Origin: Candidatus Micrarchaeota archaeon
Lineage (GTDB): Archaea; Micrarchaeota; Micrarchaeia; Anstonellales; Bilamarchaeaceae
Assembly (NCBI GenBank): GCA_043816005.1
Contig: JBDRIM010000054.1
Span: 1 to 47,341, forward strand
Length of the DNA: 47,341 nt
Direction: 5' to 3'
In this document: positions 29,040-39,151 of the stretch, in pieces
How positions within the stretch are numbered: the first letter of the stretch is position 1
How the letters are laid out: each line of letters begins with the position of its first letter
Position numbers and translations under genes: made by a program
The notes under the pieces: model-generated
Seen by the model: the letters and a program-made list of their open reading frames with translations, nothing else
Told to the model about the DNA's origin: nothing
Databases searched by the model: none

Positions 29040-30605
29040 CTAAGGACAAACGCTTGGTGGATAGTTTTTTTTACCTCTGCAGATATCCCCCATACCTGAT
29101 TGGCCTTCGTATACTCTTTCGCCACCTTCAGAATATACAAACCATTGTTTTTTATCATAATCATAATGTCCCCAGGTTACTCTGCCGTTTTTCACCCAAA
29201 ATCTATTATGTTCATATGCATATCGAATATCTCTGGCAATTTCTCTTCCTATCATGTCATTGTTTGCTTCTGCATTGTGAACTTCACGATAATATGCAAG
29301 CTCACTATCAGAGAAAACCTTGAATCGCAGTGTTTCTGCTTCCCTTAGTGCAAGAACAACACCGAGTTCAATATCTGAGAAACCTTCAAATCCATAAATT
29401 AGCGGACCTGCCATAGGATGGTCGCAATTTTTACCGGGAATCTTGTTACAAACAGCTACTGCTTCTTCTTCATCAAGCCAGTTATCCCTATCTTTGTCTG
29501 CATAAACTAATACCTGGGCTTGTAATAAACTCCTATTGAGAATTTCGAATTTCGTGCGTTCAATTACATATCCCCAAACTGCTAAGGCAGTGACTGCAGC
29601 AACAGTTACTACAATGGCAGCATATTTGATCGCGGATTTTAATTTTCTTAACCAATGCTTTTCAACAGCAGCCTGATCGAAAATACCTCTACCAGTATTG
29701 ACTATTACGACTGTATCTTTGGGACTTAGATCATATGCTTTTGAAAACCACATTGCACCTGAAAATGCAGCAGCTGCAGATGGTTCAACAGGAATTCCTA
29801 TTTTATTAAGCAATTCGTATGTACGCATAATTTGACGCTCTTCCTGGAAAAAAATTCTCCCTCGTCCGCTATCAATTACTGAATGAACCAATGCTTTGAA
29901 TTTTGAATAACCATTTACCAATTTATCTGCGACAGATCGTTTGAACTTTTTAATAAAATCAGTTTCATTGAGAATTGCATTTGGAGAAGCCGTAAATCCG
30001 ATTATTGCAGGTGTGCCTTCTGGCCAAACTTCTTGTGCTGCTGCAGCCAATTCAGTAAATAATTCGCCTTCACCTACAGGGCAGAAAATATATCTTGGCT
30101 TTACGCCATCAGCTGCAATTTCACGAACAATCTGACGATAACCATCAACCAGACCATAGCTTTCAACCATTTCAATTTTAACTTCATCAAAGTTTGTTAA
30201 TTGTTTTGCAATTGCACGCATTTCGTCCGGAGTAACAATGTGATCAGTCAGGTCCATTTCATATACAATAGAGCATGATTCGAGTTTTGCTTTTATTACT
30301 GGAGAGAGGTTTCTTGGAATAATATTAACGACTTTTATTTCTCTTCCTGTCTTTCTGGCTTCAGCTTCTGCCATCATACCAAGACTATAACCAGAATTAC
30401 CAGTAGTTATTTGAACAAATGCAACCTGGTTTCTATTATTGGTGCTTTCGAGCAAGGCAGCACAGCGTCTATCCTTGAACGTACTGAATGGGTTACGGTC
30501 TTCCCGTTTCACCAATACTTGGGCACCGTTACACCTACCACAAAGCTCAATGGATTTGTGTAGAGGTGTGTGACCTACGCGTAGTTGATTCATATCTCTC
30601 CACAT
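29040..30605 (-). CDS. Fold-type II PLP enzyme (threonine/cysteine synthase-like) fused to a TM helix and C-terminal domain
   Basis: TPL, KREDRNPFSTFKDR, TTGNSG, PVGEGE, EPSAAAA, VIVNTG; TM AAIVVTVAAVTALAVWGYVI. Confidence 0.8.
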   Translation of the reverse strand: MWRDMNQLRVGHTPLHKSIELCGRCNGAQVLVKREDRNPFSTFKDRRCAALLESTNNRNQVAFVQITTGNSGYSLGMMAEAEARKTGREIKVVNIIPRNLSPVIKAKLESCSIVYEMDLTDHIVTPDEMRAIAKQLTNFDEVKIEMVESYGLVDGYRQIVREIAADGVKPRYIFCPVGEGELFTELAAAAQEVWPEGTPAIIGFTASPNAILNETDFIKKFKRSVADKLVNGYSKFKALVHSVIDSGRGRIFFQEERQIMRTYELLNKIGIPVEPSAAAAFSGAMWFSKAYDLSPKDTVVIVNTGRGIFDQAAVEKHWLRKLKSAIKYAAIVVTVAAVTALAVWGYVIERTKFEILNRSLLQAQVLVYADKDRDNWLDEEEAVAVCNKIPGKNCDHPMAGPLIYGFEGFSDIELGVVLALREAETLRFKVFSDSELAYYREVHNAEANNDMIGREIARDIRYAYEHNRFWVKNGRVTWGHYDYDKKQWFVYSEGGERVYEGQSGMGDICRGKKNYPPSVCP

Positions 30606-30730
30606 TTATAGTGGTTGTTAGTGTTTTTAAATGTGACTTTTTGAACTGGTTTGTGAGAACCAGGAATAGTGTTTAAAAGTAAATATATGTGGAGCAAATG
30701 TTTAAATATGGTTTTGCACTAAATAACAAT

Positions 30731-31387
30731 ATGAAATTCTGCGAAATCGGTGTTTTCCATCATGATTGTTGGTTCACTGATGCGATAAATAACTTTCCAG
30801 AACTACAAGTACGAGAGATCAGTGCGAGAGTTTGTGAGTTGGAATCTGGCACAAAAATAAACAGAGCCAGCTATCGTATTTTTACACCAAGAAAAGAACT
30901 TATTGGTGCGTTTATAAAAAAGATTTCTTCTTCAGTAAGTGATGCTAGATTACTTACTTCAGATAGCACAACTGCAATAGTAGATGTTAGTTGGAAGGCA
31001 CCTAAAACTTCTTATGATGCAGTTTTGGGAAGTGGATGTACAGTAACTTCTGCTTGTTATGGAAAGGACGGTTATGAAACTTATTCTTTATTCACAGAAA
31101 AACCAGATGATACCAAAAAATTACTTGGTGAATTAGAACAAATTGGTGAAGTAAAAACATTTTCGATTAAAAATACACCGAATAGCAATATGAAATTCGG
31201 GCTTACTCCAAAACAGCAGCAGGCAATTGTTTCCGCAATTTCCATGGGATATTATACATGGCCAAAACAAACTAATTTGGAAGAACTTGCAGCAAGATTG
31301 GGGATAAAAAGAAGAACTTTACAGGAGAATTTAAGAAAGGCTGAGAGTAAAGTACTTCAGAATCTTTTAGATGAAATTAGTGATTAA
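30731..31387 (+). CDS. Bacterio-opsin activator-type (HTH_10) transcription regulator
   Basis: HHDCW N-terminus; LTPKQQQAIVSAISMGYYTWPKQTNLEELAARLGI...LRKAE. Confidence 0.88.
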   Translation: MKFCEIGVFHHDCWFTDAINNFPELQVREISARVCELESGTKINRASYRIFTPRKELIGAFIKKISSSVSDARLLTSDSTTAIVDVSWKAPKTSYDAVLGSGCTVTSACYGKDGYETYSLFTEKPDDTKKLLGELEQIGEVKTFSIKNTPNSNMKFGLTPKQQQAIVSAISMGYYTWPKQTNLEELAARLGIKRRTLQENLRKAESKVLQNLLDEISD

Positions 31388-31393
31388 AACATC

Positions 31394-32131
31394 TTACAGC
31401 ATGTCCCACATAAATCGAAAGAATTTTTTGTAACCATCAGCTAGGCGTCTGCTCTTTACTACAAACTGAACAGGATTATCACCTAGTTTTCCGACCTCAA
31501 CTCCAGTAAAGCTAACTACATAATCTCCAAAAATATCTACAGCAGTTGGACTTGAATACTGTTTTGGTAAAAATTTGTATGGTTTTCCCACAAATTCTAG
31601 AATTTCCGGTTTCTTCTTTTTTACTTCATAATCAAAGATGTGCATAAATTTTATACCAAGTTTTTTTCGTTCGGTATCGAATTTAGGAAGAAAGTACTGT
31701 AGTCTTGGATCAAGCCAAAATGCTTTTGCACCCATGAAATAAACTGTCTCTTTTTGTTCAAGTATATCATTTAGATAATTCTTGAATCCTTCTATACCCC
31801 TATAAAAGTAAGCTTCCTCATTTTCTCTCACTTTTCGATATTCTTCTTGCAATGAAGGAAGAATAGTACCAAGTTCATTTTGTTTTTCGGTAAGTATATC
31901 GACCAGCCTACTTGGATCTCTTGGAATGTAATTTTTTTTTCCTAGAACTACTAATTCTGAGATTAGCCCCCTATCCAATAGTTTTGCAATGGAATCGTAA
32001 ATATTTCTTCTATGAACTCCGGACCGTGCAGCTATTTTTTCTATGGGCGCCTGCCCCATTCGGATTAATGCTTCGTAGACCTTAACTTCATTTATTGTAA
32101 GGCCAATTTTTGTGAGAGTGTTTTCGTACAT
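31394..32131 (-). CDS. TrmB-family transcription regulator
   Basis: LTKIGLTINEVKVYEAL, IAARSGVHRRNIYD...L..RGLI, FYRGIEG. Confidence 0.88.
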   Translation of the reverse strand: MYENTLTKIGLTINEVKVYEALIRMGQAPIEKIAARSGVHRRNIYDSIAKLLDRGLISELVVLGKKNYIPRDPSRLVDILTEKQNELGTILPSLQEEYRKVRENEEAYFYRGIEGFKNYLNDILEQKETVYFMGAKAFWLDPRLQYFLPKFDTERKKLGIKFMHIFDYEVKKKKPEILEFVGKPYKFLPKQYSSPTAVDIFGDYVVSFTGVEVGKLGDNPVQFVVKSRRLADGYKKFFRFMWDML

Positions 32132-32283
32132 TTGATCTGTGGTGATAAGTATCACCAACATTATTTAAATACACGGCAAGCGTAATATGTTTAGACGAGT
32201 AGAGTAAAAATTAACAGATAAAAAGGAGGGCGTTATGGTTAGATTTACAACGATTAGCGTGAGCTATGCAAAAGGTGGTTGGT

Positions 32284-33855
32284 ATGAGTAATAGCCAAAC
32301 ACTTCGTGAGTTAGAAAAGAGATGGAATAGCTCATGCAAATTGATCTTTAATCAAGAAGTCGGAGGGTTGTTAGAGTATGAACCTTGGCTTATGGAGCTT
32401 ACTGAGCCGATTACTTACCACAAATCAAATCTTTCAGGCAAAGAGGTAATATCTGCACCTACAGATTACCACTCTGATTCGAAATGGATAGCATTTGATG
32501 AAGTAGATTTTAGTCAAAAGTTTGAACCACTAGAGATTAACGAAATAAAAGATATTGATTCCTTAGTAGAAGCCATATCAGAAAGATGGTATTATTCTGG
32601 CAACATAGTCTTTGGAAAATCAGGTTATATTGAGAACAGCTCGAACATAAATGACAGTTTTTACATTTTTAAAACTGCTAGATTTGGGAATTCAAAATAC
32701 TTGAGCCATTGTACCATCGGCAGGCAGAACGAGGACTGTTTTGGATGTAATGCAGTGGATGAATCATCACATTGTATAAGATGTAGTCGAATACATCGTA
32801 ACAGGCGTTGTTTTGAGGTTTGGATGAGCCAGAATACTTCTGATTCTTATTATTCATATGGTCTGAACAACTGTTCGAATTGTATATTTTCATTCAATCT
32901 AAAAAGCAGAAGGTATGCGATTGGCAACCTAGTATTGGAAGCATCCGAATATGATGCTATAAAAAATAAACTTCTGTCTGAAATGGCTGAAGAACTCATG
33001 AAGAAAAAACGGCTCCCATCACTTATCGAGCTAGTAGAAAAGAGTAAAGTCAAAGTGTCAACAGTTGCTGTTCAAAATGCACCAATATCAAAATTAAATA
33101 AATCAGGGATAGAAGATGCATTCTCAAAAACAACTAAAGTGCTTTTTGGGAAAACTCTTAGTGGGAGTATTGATGATTATGCATTATGGCTTACAAGGCA
33201 CACTAGAGGAGTGGAAACACGATTTTCTGCAGTAAATGGCCAAGAGCTCTTCACTGCCAGTTATGCAAACTATCCAAAACTTCCAAGAGAGAGATTGCTA
33301 AACGCAGATGATGCAGAGGGATTAGGGAACCGTACAAGCATTAGTAAAGAAGACGCACAATCTCTGAGCCTAAAAAATGTACATGAAAAAATAGGCTACC
33401 TTGCATTTTTCAATGTGGAGTTATTAGAAGGCACCAACCAGAATCAGATAAATTGTGCAGTTTCAATCGAATCGTCCAATTGTTACAGAAGTTCAGTCAC
33501 AGAATATTCTAAATATTGTGGTTACTCGTTCTGGCCAAGAAATTCCCAGTATTTGTTTGGTTGCGATTCGCCGTTTGATTCAAATTTTAGTATTAACTGC
33601 TATTCATGTACTTCACTCGCAAGATGTTTTGAAATAGACTGTTGTGGTTATTGCTCGGATTGTTACTTCTGTCATAATTGTGAAAATGTACATGATTCTA
33701 TGTTTTGTTTTAATGTAAAAAATTTGAGAAATGCAATTGGAAACACCCCGATAAGCCGGGAAAAGTATCAACAAACAAAAACTGACCTGAAAAACTGGAT
33801 AGTGGAAAAACTTGAACAAAAGAAAGAGGTGGATTTAGATGTTTTTTCACTTTAG
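32284..33855 (+). CDS. Cys-rich repeat protein, fused A+B modules
   Basis: INEIKDIDS (A), FWPRNS and CYFCHNCENVHDSMFCFNVKN (B); paralogous to seven other genes here. Confidence 0.85.
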   Translation: MSNSQTLRELEKRWNSSCKLIFNQEVGGLLEYEPWLMELTEPITYHKSNLSGKEVISAPTDYHSDSKWIAFDEVDFSQKFEPLEINEIKDIDSLVEAISERWYYSGNIVFGKSGYIENSSNINDSFYIFKTARFGNSKYLSHCTIGRQNEDCFGCNAVDESSHCIRCSRIHRNRRCFEVWMSQNTSDSYYSYGLNNCSNCIFSFNLKSRRYAIGNLVLEASEYDAIKNKLLSEMAEELMKKKRLPSLIELVEKSKVKVSTVAVQNAPISKLNKSGIEDAFSKTTKVLFGKTLSGSIDDYALWLTRHTRGVETRFSAVNGQELFTASYANYPKLPRERLLNADDAEGLGNRTSISKEDAQSLSLKNVHEKIGYLAFFNVELLEGTNQNQINCAVSIESSNCYRSSVTEYSKYCGYSFWPRNSQYLFGCDSPFDSNFSINCYSCTSLARCFEIDCCGYCSDCYFCHNCENVHDSMFCFNVKNLRNAIGNTPISREKYQQTKTDLKNWIVEKLEQKKEVDLDVFSL

Positions 33856-33929
33856 TTTGTTGATCGCTTTGCGATGGGGATACGAAGGGGCACTGCCCCT
33901 TCAAACAGAAAAAACTGACATATGTCAGC
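33856..33929. repeat. Intergenic hairpin cluster incl. REP-like gaagggg/ccccttc stem
   Basis: atcgc/gcgat, gaaggggca/tgccccttc and ctgaca/tgtcag stems. Confidence 0.65.
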
Positions 33930-33964
33930 TTATTTCTATATGCGATGAGAATCCAGTTCAATAC

Positions 33965-35602
33965 ATGGAAAGTTATAATGAATTAAACAAAAAATTAACG
34001 CCTGTAGACGTCAATATTTGCCAAGCCGAGCTCGGTAAAGAATGGAAAACCACCTCGAGATTAGTGTTTGGTGGAGATGTTGGTGAGCTTAGTGATTACA
34101 AAGAATGGCTAATCGAACTGAACAATCCCAGATTTGTAAAAAAATCTTCGATTTCTGGTGTGGACACTGTTTTTTCCAGTAGTGAGTATTTTGACGATGC
34201 TAAATTTATGGCAATGAACGAGATAGACATAAACAAAAAATTCGAACCATTAAACATTAATGAAATAAAGGATATGGATTCCATAGTAGATGCAGTTCAA
34301 GAACGGATAGTTTATTGTGGAAATGTTGTTTTGGGCAATTCAAAATTTGTTGAAAAAAGTTCCAATGTAACTAATAGTTTTTACGTCTATGATTCTGTAA
34401 AAGTTAGTGATTGTAAGAATATAGCGTACTCGCAATATCTTAGACTATGCGAAAACATATTCGGAACAAATGAAGGGGGAGAATCAAAATATTGCATAAG
34501 ATGCTGTATACTTTTCAAGAATGCACGAAGTTTTGAATTGTGGAAAAGTGCCAGTTGCACAGATTGTTATTACTCTTTTGGATTGGACGGTTGTAATGAT
34601 GCTATTTTTTCATTTAATCTCCAGGGTAAATCCAATATAATAGGAAACTTACAACTTCCAAAAGACAAATTTCAAGAAATAAAGAAAAAACTACTTTCGG
34701 AGATGCGAAAAGAATTAATCAAAAACAAAAAACTACCTTCTTTAGTTGATCTTGTATCAAAAGAACCAGTTGATTTGGGTGGAATTGAAACGGGACGAAA
34801 AAGAACAGATGACGAAACAAATAACGACCGCTCAGTAGTGGATAGTGCATTCGGAAAAACCTCCGAGCTTCTACTGAATAAAAAACTCCCGGAAAAAATG
34901 GAAGATTACGATTTATGGCTGAAATCGCATATTGTGGTTCCTTATTCTGTAAAATCAGTGTTGAGTAAAAAACCAGTCCAGCTTTCTGAGTGGCCTGGTT
35001 TGGCGCAGTTGCCAAAAAACAGAATAGTAACTTTGAAAGAAGCCAGGGAACTGGCGAAAATCGCAATAACCATCGAGCAAGCGGAAAAACTAGACCTAGC
35101 AAATGCACCTGAACAACTAGGTAAAATAGCTTATTTCCCACCAGAAGAAATGACTGGAACAAATACTAATCTAATAGAATGCCAGTGGGGATCTTCAGCA
35201 GCAAATTGCTATCGTTCAGTTATCTGTGTTTATAGCAAAAACTGTGGTTACTGTTCCTGGCCAAGAAGTTCTGAGAATTGTTTTGGTTGTGGAATTGTTT
35301 TTGATTCAAATTTCTCCATGAAATGCTATGATTCAGTAAAACTTTCTAGATGTTTTGAAGTGGATTCGTGTTCTTCATGCACAGACGTTTATTTCTCTCA
35401 TAATTGTGAAAATGTTCGGGATTCAATGTTTTGTTTTAATGTCAAGAATTTGAAAACTGCCATTGGGAATTTTTCACTCCAACCAGAATCTTACAAAAAA
35501 ATCAAAACAATGCTCCAGAACCAGATATATGATGAGCTTCAATCAAAAAAATCCTTAAAATGGAATATTTTTTCCTTGAACCGAGGTGATGGTAGTGATT
35601 AA
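33965..35602 (+). CDS. Cys-rich repeat protein, fused A+B modules
   Basis: Same motifs as 32284-33855; start MESYNEL preferred because the longer ORF start runs through intergenic hairpins. Confidence 0.85.
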   Translation: MESYNELNKKLTPVDVNICQAELGKEWKTTSRLVFGGDVGELSDYKEWLIELNNPRFVKKSSISGVDTVFSSSEYFDDAKFMAMNEIDINKKFEPLNINEIKDMDSIVDAVQERIVYCGNVVLGNSKFVEKSSNVTNSFYVYDSVKVSDCKNIAYSQYLRLCENIFGTNEGGESKYCIRCCILFKNARSFELWKSASCTDCYYSFGLDGCNDAIFSFNLQGKSNIIGNLQLPKDKFQEIKKKLLSEMRKELIKNKKLPSLVDLVSKEPVDLGGIETGRKRTDDETNNDRSVVDSAFGKTSELLLNKKLPEKMEDYDLWLKSHIVVPYSVKSVLSKKPVQLSEWPGLAQLPKNRIVTLKEARELAKIAITIEQAEKLDLANAPEQLGKIAYFPPEEMTGTNTNLIECQWGSSAANCYRSVICVYSKNCGYCSWPRSSENCFGCGIVFDSNFSMKCYDSVKLSRCFEVDSCSSCTDVYFSHNCENVRDSMFCFNVKNLKTAIGNFSLQPESYKKIKTMLQNQIYDELQSKKSLKWNIFSLNRGDGSD

Positions 35603-35789
35603 CGAACTGTGTATTACGAGAGGGAAGTGTGAAACCGCAGATTGCCTTGAACAAAGTTCAAAACAGTCTCGAACGGAATGCCGTTCGAGGACATTCACAA
35701 ATAGTGAGTTGTGCCCTTTTTTCCATCAGGGATTCAGGGGGATGTGCCCCTCGAACAAACCAAAACCGTTCTACAGCGGCACTAGTGAT
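35593..35789. repeat. Composite hairpin element containing the 42-bp inverted-repeat arm 35738-35779
   Basis: tagtgat at both ends; stems ttgaac/gttcaa, ctcgaacgg/ccgttcgag, gggg/cccc. Confidence 0.65.
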
Positions 35790-35824
35790 ATATACTTGAA
35801 AAAAGAGATAGTTGGTGTGGGAAT

Positions 35825-38098
35825 ATGGAAGTGAGAGAGGTCCACCTCTATTCTGAAAAAGTAGAGGAGGAAGATGTGAAGAATTTATTCAACAGGGTCA
35901 CTAAATCAAGATTTCCGTTTCTTGGTTTTATCGACTTCTCAGATTTATTCTCGTTAAATGCACTCACGTTAGTCGTAAAAAGAAATATTAATACAGTAAA
36001 ATTCTATGTAAAGGAAAAGGACTGCCTTCAGAATATCTCTCCACTGATTTTTCCATACAGGATGTGCGATCCAAGCCTCCTGAAATTATCTGAGGGCTCC
36101 TTTTTCCCTGTTCCGAGAATGTATGTTATTGATGGAAATAAATATGATCTTCTTGATTTCATACTGAAAGAAAAGATAGAACAGCTGACCTTACATGTCA
36201 CTAAATTCATGGGACAGTTTGTTGCAAGCGGCTCTTTGGTAAGTGAAAATGGACAAAAAGGCCAAGTGATTGTCACCAACCCACACAAATTCTTGAAGAT
36301 TAATTTAGAAAAAAATCCATCCATTTATATTGAACTTCTGGAACCATTACCAAAACAAATTTACATGAGTTCCAAATTTCCTGTTTTCGAAGAAACGGGA
36401 GTTAGTATTGGTGTAGATAATTACGATCCGCTTCAGCATACTATAATAGCAGGAACTTCAGGTTCAGGAAAAAGTAAAGGTTTGTTTGTTTTGCTAAAAG
36501 CATTGGAAGCCAAATACAAAGACAATACAAGAATAGTAGTTGTTGACCCACACGGAGAATTTGCTAAGCTTTTCCCTCATGCTAAGATAATCAATTTTAT
36601 AGACAATTACGTTGAGCCTTTGGACGTAGGACGAGATAAATCACCAATGCTTACTCAGCTTGTTTCTCAATTAATTACTTCATCAATTGGTCAGGAAAAT
36701 AAATATTCAGAAAGAGTGTTGTTCTATACAGTTCACCTTCTTTCATCGATAAACAAACTTGATTTGAACAACATAAGTTTACTGCTTACTGATTCTTCAA
36801 TTAAAGCAGAGTATGTAAGCATGTGCGATAATGATGAGGTAAAGAGATTCTTTGATGAAGAATATAATGACATACATATACATCATTTCAATAATGCAAT
36901 TCTGCCTATTTTGAACTTCGTAGGCGAGTATCAGTTATACTTAGGTAAAGAAAAGAAACGTGAGGGACTTTTAGAAGCAATTCAGCAAAATAGGATAACA
37001 GTTGTTGCATTTGATCCGAAATTCTTCGGAAGAAGGATGATTAGTTTCCTTGCTGGTGCAGTCATAAACCAGATGTACATATTAGCCATTACTGGAAAAT
37101 TAATGGACAAACCAACAGTACTTGTTGTTGATGAATTCCCAAGAGTGGAAACAAGAGTTACCAAGGACATTCTATCAGAAACAAGAAAATTCAATTTGTT
37201 TGCCTATCTTTCCTGCCAGTATTTAGGTCAACTTAGCAAAGAAGTTCTTGATTCAATTGTATCAAATGCTAGGAACATCATTGCATTCAAAATAAATAGA
37301 CAGGATGCTACTATGCTTAGTTCTATTATGGAGATAAAAGTCGAGGAGTATTTTAAAAAATCACGAGCCACCACTGAATTGGAAGAATCGAAAAAAGAGA
37401 TGTTTGTTCGACTTCACCAAAGAGAATGTATAGTAAGATTATTTGATGGTGTAAAATATTTGCTTCCAATGAAGCTCAAAATAGTAGATGCAAGAAAGTG
37501 GGGATTACGAGAAGATGGAGCTGAACCGTATAAAGAAAAAACACCACCGCCTGAAGCACCAGGAGTATTGAGATCAAAACCGATGGAAAATGTTTTCCAG
37601 AATCAAGCACTAAATGATGGACCACCAGCGCAACCATTACCTAGAATGTCAGTTGCACAGCAACAGGAAGCTCAACCAAGAATGGTACAACCTGATGAAC
37701 CAAATTATACACAAGAAAATGAACCTGACGAAGAAAAAGAGGAAAAACCAGAATTGCCAGAACCAATGACCGAAAGCCCATGGTTGGTAGAGACTCCAGA
37801 TGCCATTTATCAGCTTGAAAAGGCAAAGCTTAGAGGAGATATACCAAAACAACAATTCCAGGTGCCAGAGATGCCAAAGGTACTTGAACCAACGTCTGGT
37901 GATTCAGCAAATGCACCACCTCCGGAAACAGAAATTGAAGCACTAAAACAGGAGCTTAAGGAAGCGATGGCAAAATTGCAAAATTTTGATAGTAGTGGAA
38001 AACATCAGAGTTCTAATACAACAAAAAAAACAAATGCAGCAGAAAAAAAATCAGAAGATTCGCCACACAAAAAATCTAAGAAAAAGAAGAAAGAGTAG
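35825..38098 (+). CDS. HerA/VirB4/coupling-protein-like ATPase (DUF87 type) with disordered C-terminus
   Basis: HTIIAGTSGSGKS, VVVDPHGEF, LVVDEFP, ETRKFN...QYLGQL. Confidence 0.85.
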   Translation: MEVREVHLYSEKVEEEDVKNLFNRVTKSRFPFLGFIDFSDLFSLNALTLVVKRNINTVKFYVKEKDCLQNISPLIFPYRMCDPSLLKLSEGSFFPVPRMYVIDGNKYDLLDFILKEKIEQLTLHVTKFMGQFVASGSLVSENGQKGQVIVTNPHKFLKINLEKNPSIYIELLEPLPKQIYMSSKFPVFEETGVSIGVDNYDPLQHTIIAGTSGSGKSKGLFVLLKALEAKYKDNTRIVVVDPHGEFAKLFPHAKIINFIDNYVEPLDVGRDKSPMLTQLVSQLITSSIGQENKYSERVLFYTVHLLSSINKLDLNNISLLLTDSSIKAEYVSMCDNDEVKRFFDEEYNDIHIHHFNNAILPILNFVGEYQLYLGKEKKREGLLEAIQQNRITVVAFDPKFFGRRMISFLAGAVINQMYILAITGKLMDKPTVLVVDEFPRVETRVTKDILSETRKFNLFAYLSCQYLGQLSKEVLDSIVSNARNIIAFKINRQDATMLSSIMEIKVEEYFKKSRATTELEESKKEMFVRLHQRECIVRLFDGVKYLLPMKLKIVDARKWGLREDGAEPYKEKTPPPEAPGVLRSKPMENVFQNQALNDGPPAQPLPRMSVAQQQEAQPRMVQPDEPNYTQENEPDEEKEEKPELPEPMTESPWLVETPDAIYQLEKAKLRGDIPKQQFQVPEMPKVLEPTSGDSANAPPPETEIEALKQELKEAMAKLQNFDSSGKHQSSNTTKKTNAAEKKSEDSPHKKSKKKKKE

Positions 38099-38128
38099 TT
38101 TTTAAATTTTCACAGGTGGAGTGAGTAC

Positions 38129-39151
38129 ATGGTGTTAACGCAAACAGAAGAAAAAATCTTGCGTTCAATCGTTGTCCGCTCTGAAAATGATCCTGATAAT
38201 CCTGAATTTCCTCCAAAAAGTCCAAAATTTCCTGCAACTCCAACACATAAAATAGACGTTCCTGGTTTCAACAATGTCTGGCTGAAGGATGAGAGTTACA
38301 ATCCAACAGGCACACATAAGGATAGGATGGCATGGGAGATAGTTGTTACATATAGAAGATTTTTACTTGCTAAAAAACTAGGCCAAAGAAAAGGACAATT
38401 ACCTCAAATGTCAATAATATCATCAGGTTCTGCTGCAATTGCAATCCAAATACTTCTGAAAACCTATAGATTACCTAACTTGAAGGTACTTATTGATGAG
38501 AGACTTGACAATAAGATCATTGCATCCATGAAAAAAATCGGGTGTGAAATTTATAAAACAGATTTGAGTGTAAAGGAACTGAACTGGAAGGATATTCTCG
38601 AACTTACAAACAATCCAGATGGTTTTGACATAACATCAAATGAAGCTCTTGATCCTAGTACTAGATTTTATGATTGGCTGAGTTATGAGATCATTAACAA
38701 CTCACCAGAGTATTGTTTCGTTCCATTTGGAACTGGGAAATTATATGAAAACATACTCAATGTAAACAAAAAAGAAGTTTCAACTACTCATCATGATCCA
38801 AGATTCAAAGGTCATGTAAATGTGCTGAGAAAGTGTAATTTTCTTGGGGCAACAACAAACAACCCGAATACAAAAGCAACAAAACTTTATTCACAGCATC
38901 TTCCGTTTGTTCATTATGATGAACAATGGATAAGATTATATCAGGATTCTGCTTTTTGTGGTCCTGAAACAAGTGTCCATTTGCTTAAGGAAGGTTATTT
39001 GGAAGAAGCAATGGAAATTGCGCAAGCAAACAACATAAAATGCGAATATTCTGGGATTGCAGGATTGGCGCTTATGCTTCAGTTGAGTATATATCTTCCA
39101 AGAAACAAAAAAATGCTAATTGTGAGTACTGGGAAGACAAAATACCCGTAA
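38129..39151 (+). CDS. Fold-type II PLP enzyme (threonine synthase-like)
   Basis: ATPT, LKDESYNPTGTHKDR, SSGSAA, VPFGTG, EYSGIAGL, IVSTG. Confidence 0.85.
   Translation: MVLTQTEEKILRSIVVRSENDPDNPEFPPKSPKFPATPTHKIDVPGFNNVWLKDESYNPTGTHKDRMAWEIVVTYRRFLLAKKLGQRKGQLPQMSIISSGSAAIAIQILLKTYRLPNLKVLIDERLDNKIIASMKKIGCEIYKTDLSVKELNWKDILELTNNPDGFDITSNEALDPSTRFYDWLSYEIINNSPEYCFVPFGTGKLYENILNVNKKEVSTTHHDPRFKGHVNVLRKCNFLGATTNNPNTKATKLYSQHLPFVHYDEQWIRLYQDSAFCGPETSVHLLKEGYLEEAMEIAQANNIKCEYSGIAGLALMLQLSIYLPRNKKMLIVSTGKTKYP

Noticed and set aside
35586..35834. 82-aa ORF between the Cys-rich gene and the ATPase
   Set aside because: Composed mostly of hairpin elements; an RBS-like GAGGTGA is present but there is no protein-like signal
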